Part shown: piece after piece, positions 51,695 to 63,420 of the stretch | How the letters are laid out: the number at the start of each line of letters is the position of its first letter | Numbering within the stretch: the stretch's first letter is position 1 | Origin: Felis catus | Taxonomy: Eukaryota | Reading direction: 5' to 3' | NCBI RefSeq assembly: GCF_018350175.1 | Contig: NC_058382.1 | Span: forward strand, 52,454,001 to 52,518,000 | DNA length: 64,000 bases | The notes under the pieces: model-generated | The model's database searches: none | Told to the model about the DNA's origin: nothing | Seen by the model: only the letters and a program-made list of their open reading frames with translations | Made by a program: the position numbers and the translations under genes

Positions 51695-52154
51695 TGGTCA
51701 TTAGATAGATGATCTGCTAATGAGAAATTGCCCGTACAAATGGACAGTGGCCAGACCACGTCTGATCCTGAAACTCTGACCCACAAGTTCTACATCGGCC
51801 AGCCCCAGAAGCCAAGCCACACCTCCGTAGCAATCAACCCACAGCAGACAGGACTTGGTCAGTGACACCAGCTTCCCTGAATTTTGTCTCCACTTCCAAA
51901 TCGGGAACAACCAGAAAAAGCCAAATACGCTCCTGAAACCAATCATAGAGGTTGCTGGCTTCTGGAGAGCCTGCCTCCATGATCAGGGCATGCCTGAAAC
52001 CTTCTCTTTTTTCACTAGAAAGCTTTCCCTCACCCTGCCTCCTGTTGAGTCCCTGCCAAGCACAAGTGATAGTGGCTGACTCCCCTGGTACACCCAGCTC
52101 TGAGTGGACGGCCTCCCTCTAGTCTCATCTGGGTGGCCATTGTTTATTTCTACA
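51695..52154 (+). mobile_element. ERV1-class solo LTR (MER90-like)
   Basis: 'aactctgacccacaa...caggacttggtcagtgacaccagcttccct...aaccaatca...aaagctttccc...cacaagtgatagtggctgactccc...tttatttctaca'. Subfamily name is from memory. Confidence 0.7.
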
Positions 52155-52719
52155 GAACTTTGCACTAGGTTCATTGTTTCCACACACAGCCCTTCCCCTT
52201 GTATCAACACACACCGCAACCTTGATCTTTCCCACCCTGTGTCTCTTCCTCTCCATTTGCCCTGCTCTTATGGTTCTGCCCACTTTTGACCTTGGTTAAA
52301 AGAATTGGATTCTGTTGTTGCATTATTATTTTATGTGTTCAGTGTCTAGGATGTGCAAGGTAGGTTCACTCATCATCTCAATCCTTAGGGGTACCTCACA
52401 AATGTGTTCCCAGAGCCCATGTTACACAGCCTGGATAATGGACAGTCAGAGCAATTAAGTGACCTTGGTTGCCCACGGTGATAGGCTACAGCAACAGTGA
52501 ATGATCCAAACTATGTCTGCTTGCATCTGAGGCCCTGGCCACCATGTTGATCTATTTCTCCTATCTAACTGTAAGGGCAGGTTCTGGGTCATTTAACTGT
52601 GTGCCCCTCGTAGCAGCTAGAGGCTGATAGGACGGGCTTAAATGTCTGAGGAAGAAGGGAAGAGCCATGAGGAAGAAGGAAAAAAAGAAATAATAAGCCC
52701 AGATTAAGAAAACAAAAAG

Positions 52720-52915
52720 AGGGCCCCTGGGCAGCCTAGTCAGTTAAGCATCCAACTCTTGGTTTCTGCTCAGGTCCTGATCTCATGGTTTGTGAGATAG
52801 AGCCCCACGTCAGGCTCTGCACTGACAGCATGGAGCATGCTTGGGATTCTCTCTCCCTCATTCTCTGCCCCTCCCTCATTTTCTTTCTCAAAATAAATAC
52901 ATAAACTTAAAAAAA
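52720..52915 (+). mobile_element. Carnivore SINE (SINEC), older
   Basis: Diverged head, 'gctcaggtcctgatctcatggtttgtgag', CT tract and 'aaataaatacataaacttaaaaaa'. Confidence 0.92.
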
Positions 52916-55456
52916 GAGCTTGCCTAAGTTGCATAAAAAATCTCATTTTTCCTTTCAAAAGATTAGTACGTATAGTGACCATAACGTTTTTCTACTTTCT
53001 TCAAGCTTTACTTTGAAGATGAAAAGGTATGGGTATCTGCTTAGCGCTCCTGTTGTCATTTAGAAGAGTGCACTCCTATCTGTAAATATACAGATAATTT
53101 CTCCCTTTAAATTCCATAAGCTGGAGATGCCGCCGCCTTCGTTACAAATGAACATAGATCCAATTTTATCTCCTGCGTGAAATTGGGGTTCTAGTGCCCT
53201 ATCAGTGCTCTCCACCATGATGGCAGCTTGTCCATCCATTCGCCAGTGACTCGGCCCAAATCTCAAGGCTCGGAGGTATGAATCCAGGACAGCCACGTTC
53301 AAATGCATTTTTCATGTATAGGTTGTTCACTCTGGTCTTTGAGATTGTGCAATTAGCATATGTTGTCATAGTGATGTATTTATTATAATGGAGGTGTTCT
53401 CAGGAAACCAGATTTAATAGTTTTAAATCAGAAGCTAACATGGACTTTTAGGAATCCCATTCACAGTAAATTTTATGCCTGGTGAAAGGTTATGGAATGG
53501 GTTTCCATGCCACATCTCCCCCATCTCACAAATCTCCTGGCATACAAACGTTCCACTCTGGGTTTTTGCAAGCTAGCTGCCCGATGCAGACAGAAAACTC
53601 CAGAGTTTATGCACCTGCACAGCACACCTTCCAGTGAAAAAGGAGTGAGAGGAAAGTGACTTGGCTGTTGGGTGTGTATCCTAAGCCTTTATCACAACGT
53701 GAATCTCCTTAACAGATTGTCTCCTAAGCTTCGGACTGGCAGGAATTTGGCTTTTCTTGTGTTCATCTGATAGCCCTTTGACTATTGAAGCCATTACATA
53801 TCTGCTCAGTTGGTGCGCTCATGAAGAAGTTGGGACCCTCCCCACCGCACCCAAGGTCCAGGGACGTGGTGTCCCTTGGTTGGTACCAGGAGCCCACAAA
53901 AGTTTCTTATATTGTAAGAACCAAAGTAGCACCATTATACCCTCCTTACACTGCCCTGTATCGTGTGTGTGTACCCCCACTTGCTGAAACACGAAAGGCA
54001 GATGAGAGAGAGCCCCAAGGTGCTAGAAAGCTGTGGTTCCTTCATGTCTGTGCAAAAGTTCTAAGGATTGGATTAGACGCTTAAGTATCTGTGGATGTCA
54101 GGTTGAATACAAGCAGCTATTCAGTGTATCTCTGATAGAAGAACGTGTCCCCTGGAGGTGGGAAGTCACGCAGGTCCCTGGAAATGTGAGAAGATTGTTA
54201 AAATGGCATCAGAGATGGGCTGGAGTGATGCCAGGGTCTATGTTTGATGCTCACCCTAGGTCTAGGGTGAAACTCTTGTCTTTCCCTGTTACCTGCTTAG
54301 TGGTTCCTTCTATTCCCAGAGAACCTTGGTGCCTATACCTCCAGGGACCCAGCTCCCCCTTCCAGGCCGTGTCCTCTGTCCCCTGTTCTGTCACCATTGC
54401 GGGTGCTAAGCATCAGTGCTTGGCTAAGGAGTGTCATTGCAGCTCCCCTAAACCAGGAAGCAGAAGAGCAAATGCTTTAGAATCAGACACAGCTGGGTAT
54501 GAATCTGGGTTCTACCAAAATGAATGGTTGGACTCCTAATGAGCTTTGCTCTTCCCCAGCCTTAGTTTTATCATCTCTAGAGTGGGGAGTATTGTTAGCT
54601 GTTTCCTGCGGGAGTCAGATAGCGTCTATCTGTTGACGACATGGTCACTGTTATTGATTGTGTCGTCACGGTGATTATTTTCCACCCAGATCAGGTACAA
54701 AATGAACGTATTATTGGCATTCCTGAGACTATTTGCAAGGAATATCTCCCAAGTCCTCATGACAAGCCAGATGTTCAGAAGGCAGCTTGAGAGCAAGGCT
54801 CGGGTTACTTAAAACAGGTCTGGAAGGTCTGTCCCATGAATGCCAAATGTGATCTTGGACACGACAGAGGGCTTTGAAGAAAGCCACGATAAATCACACA
54901 GACCCCTCAGCTCACTCTGCTCCCTAGTGATCCCGGCACAGCCATGTCTCAACCTGTTGGGGGTTTTCCTGTGTGTTACCTAGACAGCTACTACCATAAG
55001 AGCTCCCAGCCCAGCCTCCCCTTGCTCCAGGACTCGGGGTTTATCACACCCAAGAGCTGCGTGCTGGGGGAGTGATGCCGAATTTCTTTTCAGATTCTGA
55101 TTTCTCTGTAGTTAAAAAAAAAAAAAGTGGATATTTCTTTTATATGTGCATATATTAGACTGTGAGTTTCTTAACCTTTCCTAACTAATGATCCAAGTAA
55201 ATATTTGACTGGACCCAGACATAGAACCTGATTTGACTCCCCTCCCCGACCCCATCCAGAGTCACTTGTTATTCTGAAAACCCAGCGTTTGTGTTTTTAA
55301 TATGGTAGTGGATAATATGCGTGGTAGAAAAAGGAGAAGGCAGAAGAAAATTAAAATGTTCTGTTAATTCCAGTGCCCTGAGATAATTGCTCTTAATATT
55401 TTTTGTATGTTCTCTTCTTTCTTCTGAATGATGGCATTTATTTTTTTTAAAGTTGA

Positions 55457-55458
<2 letters not shown>

Positions 55459-55501
<43 letters not shown>

Positions 55502-55721
55502 TATATATGTGTGTGTGTGTGTGTATGTGTGCGCGCGTGTGTGTATATATATATATATACACACACGGGCACACATATATATACAAAGATGATATATATA
55601 TATACATATATATACATATATATGTATATATAAATATATCATCTATATATATATGATATATATGCATATATATATCATATATATATATATATACACACAC
55701 ACACGCACACATATATATATC
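55459..55721. repeat. Complex (TA)/(CA)/(TG) simple repeat, within probable old L1M sequence
   Basis: Read directly. Includes a perfect 28-bp palindrome at 55491-55518. Confidence 0.95.
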
Positions 55722-55959
55722 ATCTTTTTTCTCTTTAATAAGAATTTGTCATGTCACTAAACATTGCCTGGAAAAAATACTTTAATGATTTCCTAAGATT
55801 GTACCGTATGAACTCCTCTGTTGTTGGATAGTTGGGGTATTTTATAGTTTGAGCCCTGTATTAAAAAAAAGAACTCAGGCTTATTTTATCATGTCTTTTG
55901 CCTCATATGTTTGGTAAAAGAAGTACACCAGTCACGATGGGTGACTCCCCAATCTCCTT

Positions 55960-56330
55960 TCACCTCCCGTAACTAAGCCCATCCAGGTAACCTGTATGTC
56001 TTGCCAGTGATTGGTTTAGAAAGAGACATGTGACCTGGTCCTGACCAATGAAAATGGAGGGTCCTTCTGGGACTGGATTCCTGACTCAAGAGTGGCACCC
56101 AAGGAGGATACAGACTTTCTGCTGCCTCTGGGCATACTCCGCCGTTCTGTTCTCAAGGGGCCTTCCAGCCTGAGATGAATCAGACGCTGAAGGGGTCACG
56201 GGAGGAAACCTGTGCCTTTTATGGACCTGTGGAGTCCACTGTGCCTGTGGCCTGTTTCCTTCTAGACTTCCAGCGGTCACCGAATAAGGCGTTTTGAGTT
56301 GGGTTTGGATCACTTTTTAAGTCACCTTCT
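55960..56330 (+). mobile_element. ERVL LTR fragment (LTR16/LTR33-like)
   Basis: 'ttgccagtgattggtttag...catgtgacctggtcctgaccaatga' is typical of this group. Confidence 0.5.
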
Positions 56331-58899
56331 TTGCTACTTAGAGCAAACTGCCCCTCCTCATCCTCAGGTGGAGAGGTACTCTCAGAGGGCCAGAGCGGTG
56401 ACACCGGGATCGAGCCGAGAATTTAGATTCAGGAAATGTGAGTTCCAACTGGCTTCATCCCGTCTCCTGGATATGCGATCTGTGGTCTCAGCCCCTCCGG
56501 TTTTCAGGATCCCTCTTGGTAAACAGAGTGAATATACTGAGGATTGTGGGATGTAACTCCCTTTGCAAGAATATAATGGTTATATTTTTTTATATTATGA
56601 TGCTTGCCCTTATGGTTTGTTCACACCACTGGTACCTATCAAGTATCTATTATGTTCCCGGCTCTATTTCAAATGTCAGCAACACAGCAGTGAATAAATA
56701 GATAACCTTTCCCCTCACGAATTTTAGAGTGTAATGAAGGTGGCAGCAAACAGCAGGTAAAACAATAAACTGAGCACTTTAGGAAAAGAGACCCGAGTTC
56801 TTTTCAGATTCTGATTTCTCCATGATCTAAACAGGATTGTTAGGAGAGCAGTTAATATTTTTGCCTCTCCGTTCGTCCGTCCGTCCATCTATCCATTCAT
56901 CCATCCCTCTTTCTATATAGATATGTGTGTATATATGGTCTAAATGCATGTTTTACTTAGTTATTGCCCGTGAATTTCTTAACCTTTCTTAACCCATGTC
57001 CTAAATAAATTGACAGGACATTTTGAAACAATTTACCTGTCTTGACTATTGGAAACAGACTGATGTTTCTTCAGTTATGTTCCAGAGACCCCTGGATGTT
57101 ACAGGTGTATTTTCTGCTGTGTGGGCCAGGGTGGGTGTGTGTGTGGGGGGGGTGGGTAGTGAGTGGATGGTCATGTGCATACATGTTTATTTTGATAATC
57201 CAGAAAGATTAAGTATGTGTGGATCCTCTGGGTCATCATGTTAAAAGCCAGCAGCACCGCATCATATGTCTGTGTGTTTGGAGTTCGGGGGTCCTCTGGC
57301 CTCACTCTCCTGCTTTCCCCCCAGTCTTCTGCAGCCTTCCCTCCAGGCTACACAGTGGTCCTTATCAACCTTGTTTTTACAAACGGGGAAACGGAGACCG
57401 GAAGGAGCTCTGCAGTACACCTTGGCCACACATCCCTCTGGTCACAGGCCTGAGAGCGACACCCGGTCTGTCTCCCTTCCTGCTCCCTCCTCTGCCTCTC
57501 CTCTCTGTAGGCAACACTGGGACACAGGCATCAAATTGGATTTGATTATTGAGGATAAAACAGCTTATAAAACGCTGCGGAGCAATGCCTTTTGTTTCTG
57601 AGAACTTGATATAATAAAGTTGGCTTGATCTCCTCAGCCTGTATCTTGGGGGAACAAGTAAATTAAACAAGTAATTATATCCATAATGTTTTTAGAAGTT
57701 AGAAGATTTAAATATATGAATCTCATCTGAGCGTGCAGCCTTTTGTCTGTGGTGTTTCCTGCCAAACGATCTCTTGACAGGAAATAAACATTAAAATAAT
57801 CTTTAATCCCTTGTCTGGTCTATTACCATTAACAATTGATGCACTTTAATTTTGTGGGATTTTAACTACAAAATGGAACGGCTAAGTAGTGATAATTGGG
57901 TTTGGAATTATACGGTCATTTATATCAACAGATGCAAGAGGCTGGGAGGGAGGGTGATTAATTATTTACTATTTCCTGGCTGTGGTTCCTATTATAGAAT
58001 TTTCTGATATGTTCTGCTGTGAACAATTATCACCAAATGAAAGTAAACAAATCTGTGATCTGAAGCCTTATTTAGAAGTTAGGCTTTATTTAGGTGATAG
58101 GAGCTTGATTTTCCTGGACCCTCCGGGCTGGGAGTGTTCCTTATCTCAGGGGCCCACTGGCCCAGTATTTGAATCTGGTTATCTCTTTGCATCTTAAACT
58201 CTAAAATGCACAGCCCTGGGGAAATGCCTTGGTTGCTGGGGGGGGGGGGGGTGCGGGGGGGAGAAACAAACAAACAAAAAAACCCACAACATTGAGTCAG
58301 ATCTTGGTTTGATATCAAAGGCGTGTTTGAGAGGGGGCTTGCGGTTTATTCTTCCCTCTGTTTGGTTTGCTTCATTACAGAGTGAGGTGGGAGGGAAATG
58401 AAATTATTATGTCAACTTGAGAATAAAAGTTGTGCTCTGCCATTTCTCTTACTGCAAATGTGTGTGTGTGTGTGTGCACGCGTGTGCGTTAAAGGCAGAC
58501 CACCCCTCTGTGCCTCAGTGTCCCCCATCATGGCTCAGTGGCAGACCACGCTATCTGATCAGGCCCTCTGGGATACACAGTCACTGCTCCAAAATGCATT
58601 TCTATTCTCCATTCTCTCTTGGTGACATATCCACAGAGTGCCTCCCCCTGAATCTTCCTGGCTCTTCCTACACGTGATTCCTTGCAGAGCCAAGAGCTCA
58701 GCTCCTCACATGGATTTCTCTGACTCGTGAAGATTGGTGGGTACCAGATAGGATGTGTTTCATGGAAAGCAGGAGGACACTAGGGGAAAGGATGCGGACA
58801 CAAGCCATTTCAAGAGTCCCTCTGACCATCATGGCTCCAGAGTCCATCCAGACTGGAGCAGCAGGAAACTGGAGCATATGTTTGATGAGCAAGTTTTCC

Positions 58900-59185
58900 C
58901 TCTCAGTTCATGTACTCATTTAATTTTGGAACGAATGCAGCCCTCTCCTAGTGCTCTCCAGCTAAAGGAGGGGTCCTGCCATTCATCCAATTGCACAGTC
59001 CAAAAACCGGGAGCCATCTTGGCACCTTCCTCACCCCCACCCTCACGGGTCCTGTCATCACTTGTCATGTCCATTTTACCGCCTGGAGTCTGTCGGCGCT
59101 CGTCATCTCCACCATCACTACTCTAGTCCTGGTTGTCATCATATCTTACCTGGGTCATTGCAACAGTTTCTCTCTGGTCTCCACA
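58900..59185 (+). mobile_element. L2 LINE fragment
   Basis: 'ccattcatccaattgcacagtccaaaaacc...catcatatcttacctgggtcattgcaacagtttctctctggtctcc'. Confidence 0.65.
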
Positions 59186-59832
59186 CCTCCAGGTCTCTTG
59201 GGTCCACAGATTGGAAGGAGATCGTGCTACAGAAGACTTAGGGCTTCTTCCCCAGATTTCTCCCCCAGCTTCTAAAGGATCCCGTGTCACAGGGCCCTGC
59301 AACGTGTCAAGAACAATCATGGACAAGCTTGTTCATGAAGCAGTCCAGGTGGCTTCCGGCCGCTGGGACGCTTGGTGCTATCACCAGAGCAAGAAAACAG
59401 TACGGTAACAGACCGGGGTTTTAGATGCGTCTCTGCTTCAGTTGACGTGTGACCCTGGCCAGAGCTAAAGCACAGAGGCTTTCTCAACATTGCACCTGGC
59501 CTCTGCCCTGTGTGCTCAGACCCTGATGACAGATTCCAGGCCCCTCCGTATTTCCCCAGCGTGTGATTCCCAGTGGAGACGAAGGCCGCTTTGCCTTCTG
59601 TAGCTTGGGAGGTGAGGCAGAGAGTTGCACGAGCCCCCGCCGTGGGCCACGCTCGACCCTTGGTTTGTTGTTGTTCTTATTTATTACTCTTATGAACTTG
59701 GTTTTATCTGGGGGGGGGTGTTGGCGGTAGTTGCTCTCCTAGGAAGACTTGTGTGGTGCCCGACAAACTGCTTCTGTGCTCATCTTAGGAAGCCGAACTT
59801 GGGGACCAGGTGACTGACTCTTCACGTCACTC

Positions 59833-60058
59833 CAGAGTTTCTCAGCCTTGCACTATTGACTTTTGGGTCAGATAACTCGTTGTGTGTGTGGGGGGGGGGG
59901 GTGGCTTCCTGTGCATTGTGGCATGTTTAACAGCACCCCAGGCCTCTGCCCGTTAGATGCCAGCAACATGCACCTGTTTCTCAGGTCCTACAAAAAGAAA
60001 ATTTCTGCAGACCTTGCCAAATATCCCTTGGGTGGGGACAAGATCATCCCTGCTGCTG
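59833..60058. mobile_element. MER20 (hAT-Charlie MITE)
   Basis: 'tttctcagccttgcactattgacttttgggtcagataa...cctgtgcattgtggcatgtttaacagcac...ggcctctgcccgttagatgccag'. Confidence 0.9.
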
Positions 60059-60116
60059 TATACCCTTCTCTGCAATTCTGATGGGTTTTTTTTTTTTCTT
60101 CTTCCAAGGGAAAGTA

Positions 60117-60183
60117 TTTTTTAAGAGTTTGTTTATTTATTTATTGAGAGAGAGTGCGTGTACACATGTGTAAGTGGGAGAGG

Positions 60184-60229
<46 letters not shown>

Positions 60230-60353
60230 AAATTCTAAGCAGGCTCCACACTGTCAGCATGGAGCCCGACGTGGGGCTCGATTTTATGAATTGTGAGATC
60301 ATGACCTGAGCTGAAATCAAGACACTTAACCGACAGAGCCAGCCAGGTGCCCC
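60117..60353 (-). mobile_element. Carnivore SINE (SINEC) with expanded (GA)n
   Basis: Full body. TSD-like 'gaaagtat' on both sides. Confidence 0.95.
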
Positions 60354-60515
60354 GAGAAAGTATCTCTAATACCAAAATAGTGAAAGACAGTATTGGCAAA
60401 ACCAAAATAATAATAGGAGCTACTCCTTGCATATTGTTCATCATCTACCAGGCCCTGCTCTAGACACTTGCTAAGTATTCGCTAATTTAGCCCTCCCAAG
60501 AATTCCTTAAGGCAA

Positions 60516-60965
60516 TGTAAGCAGCGTCCTGGGCCACCATAACAAGGTACTACAAATTGGGTGGCCTAAAATAGCCGAAATGTATTCTCTCACGGTTTTG
60601 GGGGGCAGAAGTCTGAGATCGAGCAGTTGGCAGGGTGGGTTCTTTCTGGGGCTCTGGTGAGAATCTGTGCTGTGCCTCTCTCCTTGTGTCTGGTGGGTGC
60701 CGCTAATCCATGGTGTTCCTCGGTGTGGGGTAGTGTGACTGAGTTCTCTGTTTCTGTCTTCACGTGACGATCGTTCCTGTGTCTGTGTGCCCTCTCCTCT
60801 TCTTAGAAGGGCACCGGTCATTGGATTGAGGGCCCACCTGAATTCACTGTGAACTTCTTTTATTTTTACTAATTATACCTGCAGAGCCCCCGGTTCCAAA
60901 TACGGTCTCATTCCGAGCTGCCAGGTGTGCGTGGATTTTGTGGAAAGAGGATTTAACCCAGTGCA
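60516..60965 (-). mobile_element. MaLR solo LTR, MLT1C-like, inserted into a MIR
   Basis: TG...CA ends and 5-bp TSD ggcaa/ggcag. MIR sequence continues on both sides (about 60420-60515 and 60966-61115). Confidence 0.85.
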
Positions 60966-61116
60966 GGCAGGTATCACTCTTAAGTCCATTTTACAGGTAA
61001 AGAAACTGAGGCACAGAGACGTTTAGTGACTGTTTAACTCACAGTTAAGCAAGCGGGAGAGGCAAGGATTAAACCAAGTCCCTCTGGTTCCACAGACCAA
61101 GCTTATAACCACTGCA

Positions 61117-61307
61117 CTGGTGGTTCTCAAAGTGTAGTCCCTGGCCGGCCGCAGCAGCACCTGGGAACTTGTTAGCAATGCACATTCTCTGGCCCCACCC
61201 CACACCCCCTGAATCAGAAACCCTGGAAGTCAGACCAGCCATCACATGTTCTTTTCACAAACCCTCCAGAAGGTTCTGAGGTGTCCTGATATTTGAGCAG
61301 TCTCATG
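61117..61307. mobile_element. MER5A (hAT-Charlie MITE)
   Basis: 'gtggttctcaaagtgtagtccc...cagcagcacctgggaacttgttagcaatgca...ctgaatcagaaaccctgg'. Confidence 0.9.
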
Positions 61308-61542
61308 AAAGTGCGATGTAAGAAGAATAACTCTCAAGACATCATGTTAGCCAACTGTCGAATGTTTTTTGAGTGCACTTGGTTTTTACAAAGCACAGTA
61401 CTAACCTCTGACTCCAAGAGGCTGGGTCAGGAGTCTTGTTTATTTATCTAAAAGGGCCTCTTCCCCTCGTTCACCAGTGCCAAAAAAATCTTTGAAAAAT
61501 CACAGTGTTCATGTCTTTGCTTATATAGAGAGTGTCATGTCA

Positions 61543-61954
61543 GGGGCACCTGAGTGGCTCAGTAGGTTAAGCATCCACGTTAAGCTAAAGTTGTGATCTT
61601 GTGGTTGGTGGGTTCGAGCCCCACATCGGGGTTTGTGCTGACATTGTGGAGCCTGCTTGGGATTCTCTCTCCCTCCCTCCCTCCCTCCCTCCCTGCCTCC
61701 CTCCCTCCCTCTCTCCATTTCTCTCTGCCCCTCCCCCACTCTATCTCTCAAAGTAAATAAACTGTAAAAAAAAAAAAAAGAGGTGGCTCAGTTGGTTAAG
61801 CCTCCAACATCGGCTCATGATCTCACAGCTTGTGGGTTCAAGCTCCGCATCAGGCTCTGTGCTGACAGCTCAGAGCCTGGATCCTGCTTGAGATTCTGTG
61901 TCTGTCTGTCTCTCTCTGCCCCTCCCCCCAAAAATGAATAAATGCATTTAAAAA
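61543..61954 (+). mobile_element. Head-to-tail SINEC dimer (61543-61779 and about 61781-61954)
   Basis: Two SINE bodies, each with an A tail. One TSD agtgtcat(g/t)tca at 61531-61542 and 61955-61966. Confidence 0.93.
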
Positions 61955-62889
61955 AGTGTCATTTCAAAGATAAATTGAGAAAAGTTCTTTCATTTTTGTA
62001 AGTCACTCTTATTTGGACATACAGCCTGCCTCTTCTTAGATGTTTCTTTCAGAAGAGCAAACCACTAGACAACCCGTCCCCCTCTGTCAGCTGCCATCAC
62101 GTCCCAGGGGCCCCACCGGCCAGGGACATGCTGTCAGTGTGTGTAATCGAGTCAAGTCATTTCAGGCTTATCGGTACATTGCTAATTGATCTTCATCTCC
62201 TATTATTTCACCTCCAAGCCAACACGCCCCTCACCATGGTGACACTGGGGTAGTTTCTGTTCTCCATGCAAGTGCCTGCTTGTTGATCAGTTTTCATTAC
62301 TCTCTGGTTCAGGAGGCCTCTCCTCATCTGTTTGCTGTGGCAAACTCTGCGTCTTTCTTCTTATTTATTATTTTTTTTAAATCACAGTGTCTATAAAATA
62401 ATGCCATCAGCGGGAGAGAGAGCGCCAATTGTCCTACAGGGTCAGAGATAGACGTCACCTGGCCCCCGCGAGCCCACCTCTCAAGCACTTCTGTGCATGA
62501 AAGGCCCCGCACTGTGGCAGAAACCCATTCCGTTTATTTGAGGAGTTTGGTGAGGGCTTGGGAGAAGCAGAAGGAAACCCGAGACATGGACCGGCTTCCT
62601 GGAGGTGGAGGTGGCCACGCCTCACTGCGGGAAGATCCGGCCTTCGTGCCGCGATCTAAAGCCAGGGCGGGCTTTCGTGATAAACATCCGGAGATCCCTG
62701 AGTCTCCATCGGATGATTCACGAAACAAGCCAGGGCTTCCCAGCTTCCTGGAAAAGGTTATCCTGTTGCTTTGTTTTAGTGTGGGTTGTTGTCATTGCTG
62801 CTCTATTCACCCACTTGTGGGGAAAGACACCATCAAAGGAGTAGAGGCTCCTGGTGACAGTTTCAAACCTTTCGATAAGATTTAACAGT

Positions 62890-63420
62890 AAAAATTTTCC
62901 TTCCATCTCTCATTCCCAGCCGTCTCTCCAAAAGAGACCACCATGAAAGTTTTATTGTGGATTCTTCCAGAAGCATCATGTGCATTTACTATCAGATACA
63001 AATATGTATGGCTTTCTTAAGAAAAAAAAAATGTGCAACCCGAAACCATTGAAGACATTTTGTTTATTACCTTGCCCCGTTTGTGTAATAGTGTGTTGGA
63101 GATTCTTTGGTGCCTGCACGTGTAGCTCGACCTGGCGGTGCGCCCCGACCGCAGAATATTCCATCACGTGAGGGTCCCGTAATTTATGCATTCCTCTGCT
63201 GGCAGGCATTTAGGTCGATTCTGTGTTTTGCTTTTACACATGATTTGGTGACAAAACGTCTCTGCACATGTGTTTTGTCTCCTTGTACAAGCGTGTCAGA
63301 AGGGTGCCCTTCCGGGAGCAGAAGTGCACCTTCCAAATACTTTTTTAGGAATTTCCAAATGATCCTCTGAAACGGCAGCACCACTTTTTTCCCCTGCCGT
63401 TCTCCCATGAGGATGCATGC
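62890..63420 (-). mobile_element. L1ME-type LINE fragment
   Basis: 'gcagaatattccat...aatttat...attcctctgctggcaggcatttaggtcgattc...ttccaaatgatcctc' resembles antisense old L1. Confidence 0.65.

Noticed and set aside
1789..61954. tRNA-like A/B boxes
   Set aside because: All belong to SINE heads. No complete cloverleaf tRNA gene was seen.
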